DNA of 64,000 nucleotides, from positions 292,702,001 through 292,766,000 of the forward strand of contig NW_027362769.1 in NCBI RefSeq assembly GCF_046119375.1, given 5' to 3'. The notes below the pieces were generated by a model. The model saw nothing but the letters and a program-made list of their open reading frames with translations. It made no database searches and was not told the origin of the DNA. This DNA is from Phyllobates terribilis (lineage: Eukaryota). Below, one piece after another: positions 62,833-64,000 of the stretch. Made by a program: the position numbers and the translations under genes. Position 1 is the first letter of the stretch. The number at the start of each line of letters is the position of its first letter.

Positions 62833-64000
62833 GGTCTATGTCTAAAATTTTGGTAGTCTACAAAGACTGAAACCGCAGTGTGTAGTTAAACAGGCTGCTG
62901 GTTATTACTTATTACCATCCATTTTCTTCTAGCTAGATAGATTGATATTACTTGGACATTAATAATTCTGTGTTTGCATTACATATCTCTAAACAGGTTC
63001 AATACTCATCTAAGAGACCGCAGAGTGTTATACACATATTTTTAGGACAATTAGAGACTTTTTTTTGAGACTCAGATTTAATGCTTTGGAAAAAAATTAG
63101 CAGAGCCGGCAAGATCAAATTTCAAACTTCAAAAGATCCACTCATCTTCATTAGGTACTGTTTCCACCAACACAACAAAATACGATGCAAATATAACAGC
63201 AAAAAAGAAAGGAACTTATTGGATGATATATTAATAAAAGGTGTTATTATATACATAATACATTATATTATTATATAATGTATATTAGTTTTCAATCTTT
63301 ACTGTTCCACTGTACTGTATTTCTCTAACAAGGCAATTCCACTAATTACAGTAAAGTTATTACAATGTTTAGGAAATGACTGTTAAATTAGAAAGTTAGT
63401 CTTGATCTTTTTTGTTTGATTAGTAACTAATCTAATCTATAACATCTAAGTGCAGATATTTTCAGAACATGAGCAAAGTTTGAGTCTGCGATATACATAA
63501 AGAAATAATAAATAATTGTGTGGTATATTTTTCAAATGACTTAGGTACCATTGACCAATATAAACGCGAAAAACTGTTTTATAAACTATTTATACCATTG
63601 ATTTTTCATAACCACTGTGACTATCATCATCATCTGCTATATTGCCCTTTTAAATTCTTTATTGGAATCATGGGATTTCCTAATATCCCTCATACAAAGC
63701 TAACTGCCTTTTCAACAGAATTATACTGTATGAATATTTATAACCATTAAATAAAATCTTAACAGAAGAGGGAATATTTATATGTATAGATGACTAGCAG
63801 GTTCATAACATTAATATGGACATGCACAGAGAAATAAGGGAATGAAAGAGATCTGGGGACCTCGGGCACTAAAATGTATATAGGGAAGTAGAGCAGATAG
63901 ATAAGATTTAAATAGAGTATATTGTTCTGTAAGCCTAAAAATGACATATGTAAAGCTGTTATGTTAGTAGGCAGCCTCGTTTAGAATAAAACATGCTGTA

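Overview
Eukaryotic DNA almost entirely made of transposons, most likely from a frog (inferred from an amphibian-type 18S rDNA fragment and the repeat types). I found no host protein-coding gene, CRISPR array or tRNA gene. The window holds: (1) four large hAT elements or remnants, one complete with an 8-bp TSD (10028-21954), each carrying internal tandem arrays; (2) five Tc1/mariner elements, including a DD37E TRT-type copy and a DD34E copy one base short of a full 340-aa ORF; (3) two full-length Ty3/Gypsy chromovirus LTR retrotransposons with 5-bp TSDs, one very young with a 1373-aa gag-pol-chromodomain ORF and one decayed; (4) TTAA-flanked piggyBac-like non-autonomous elements; (5) three non-autonomous hAT elements with TSDs; (6) L1 and L2 fragments. 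The most notable signals are tRNA-independent self-priming signatures in both LTR elements, a PEG10-type -1 frameshift site with a predicted pseudoknot, and hAT elements whose 3' regions carry mosaics of unrelated DNA including 18S rDNA. A dispersed repeat also carries CTCF-like motifs in inverted pairs. All coordinates were read by eye; fragment ends marked approximate may be off by tens of bases.
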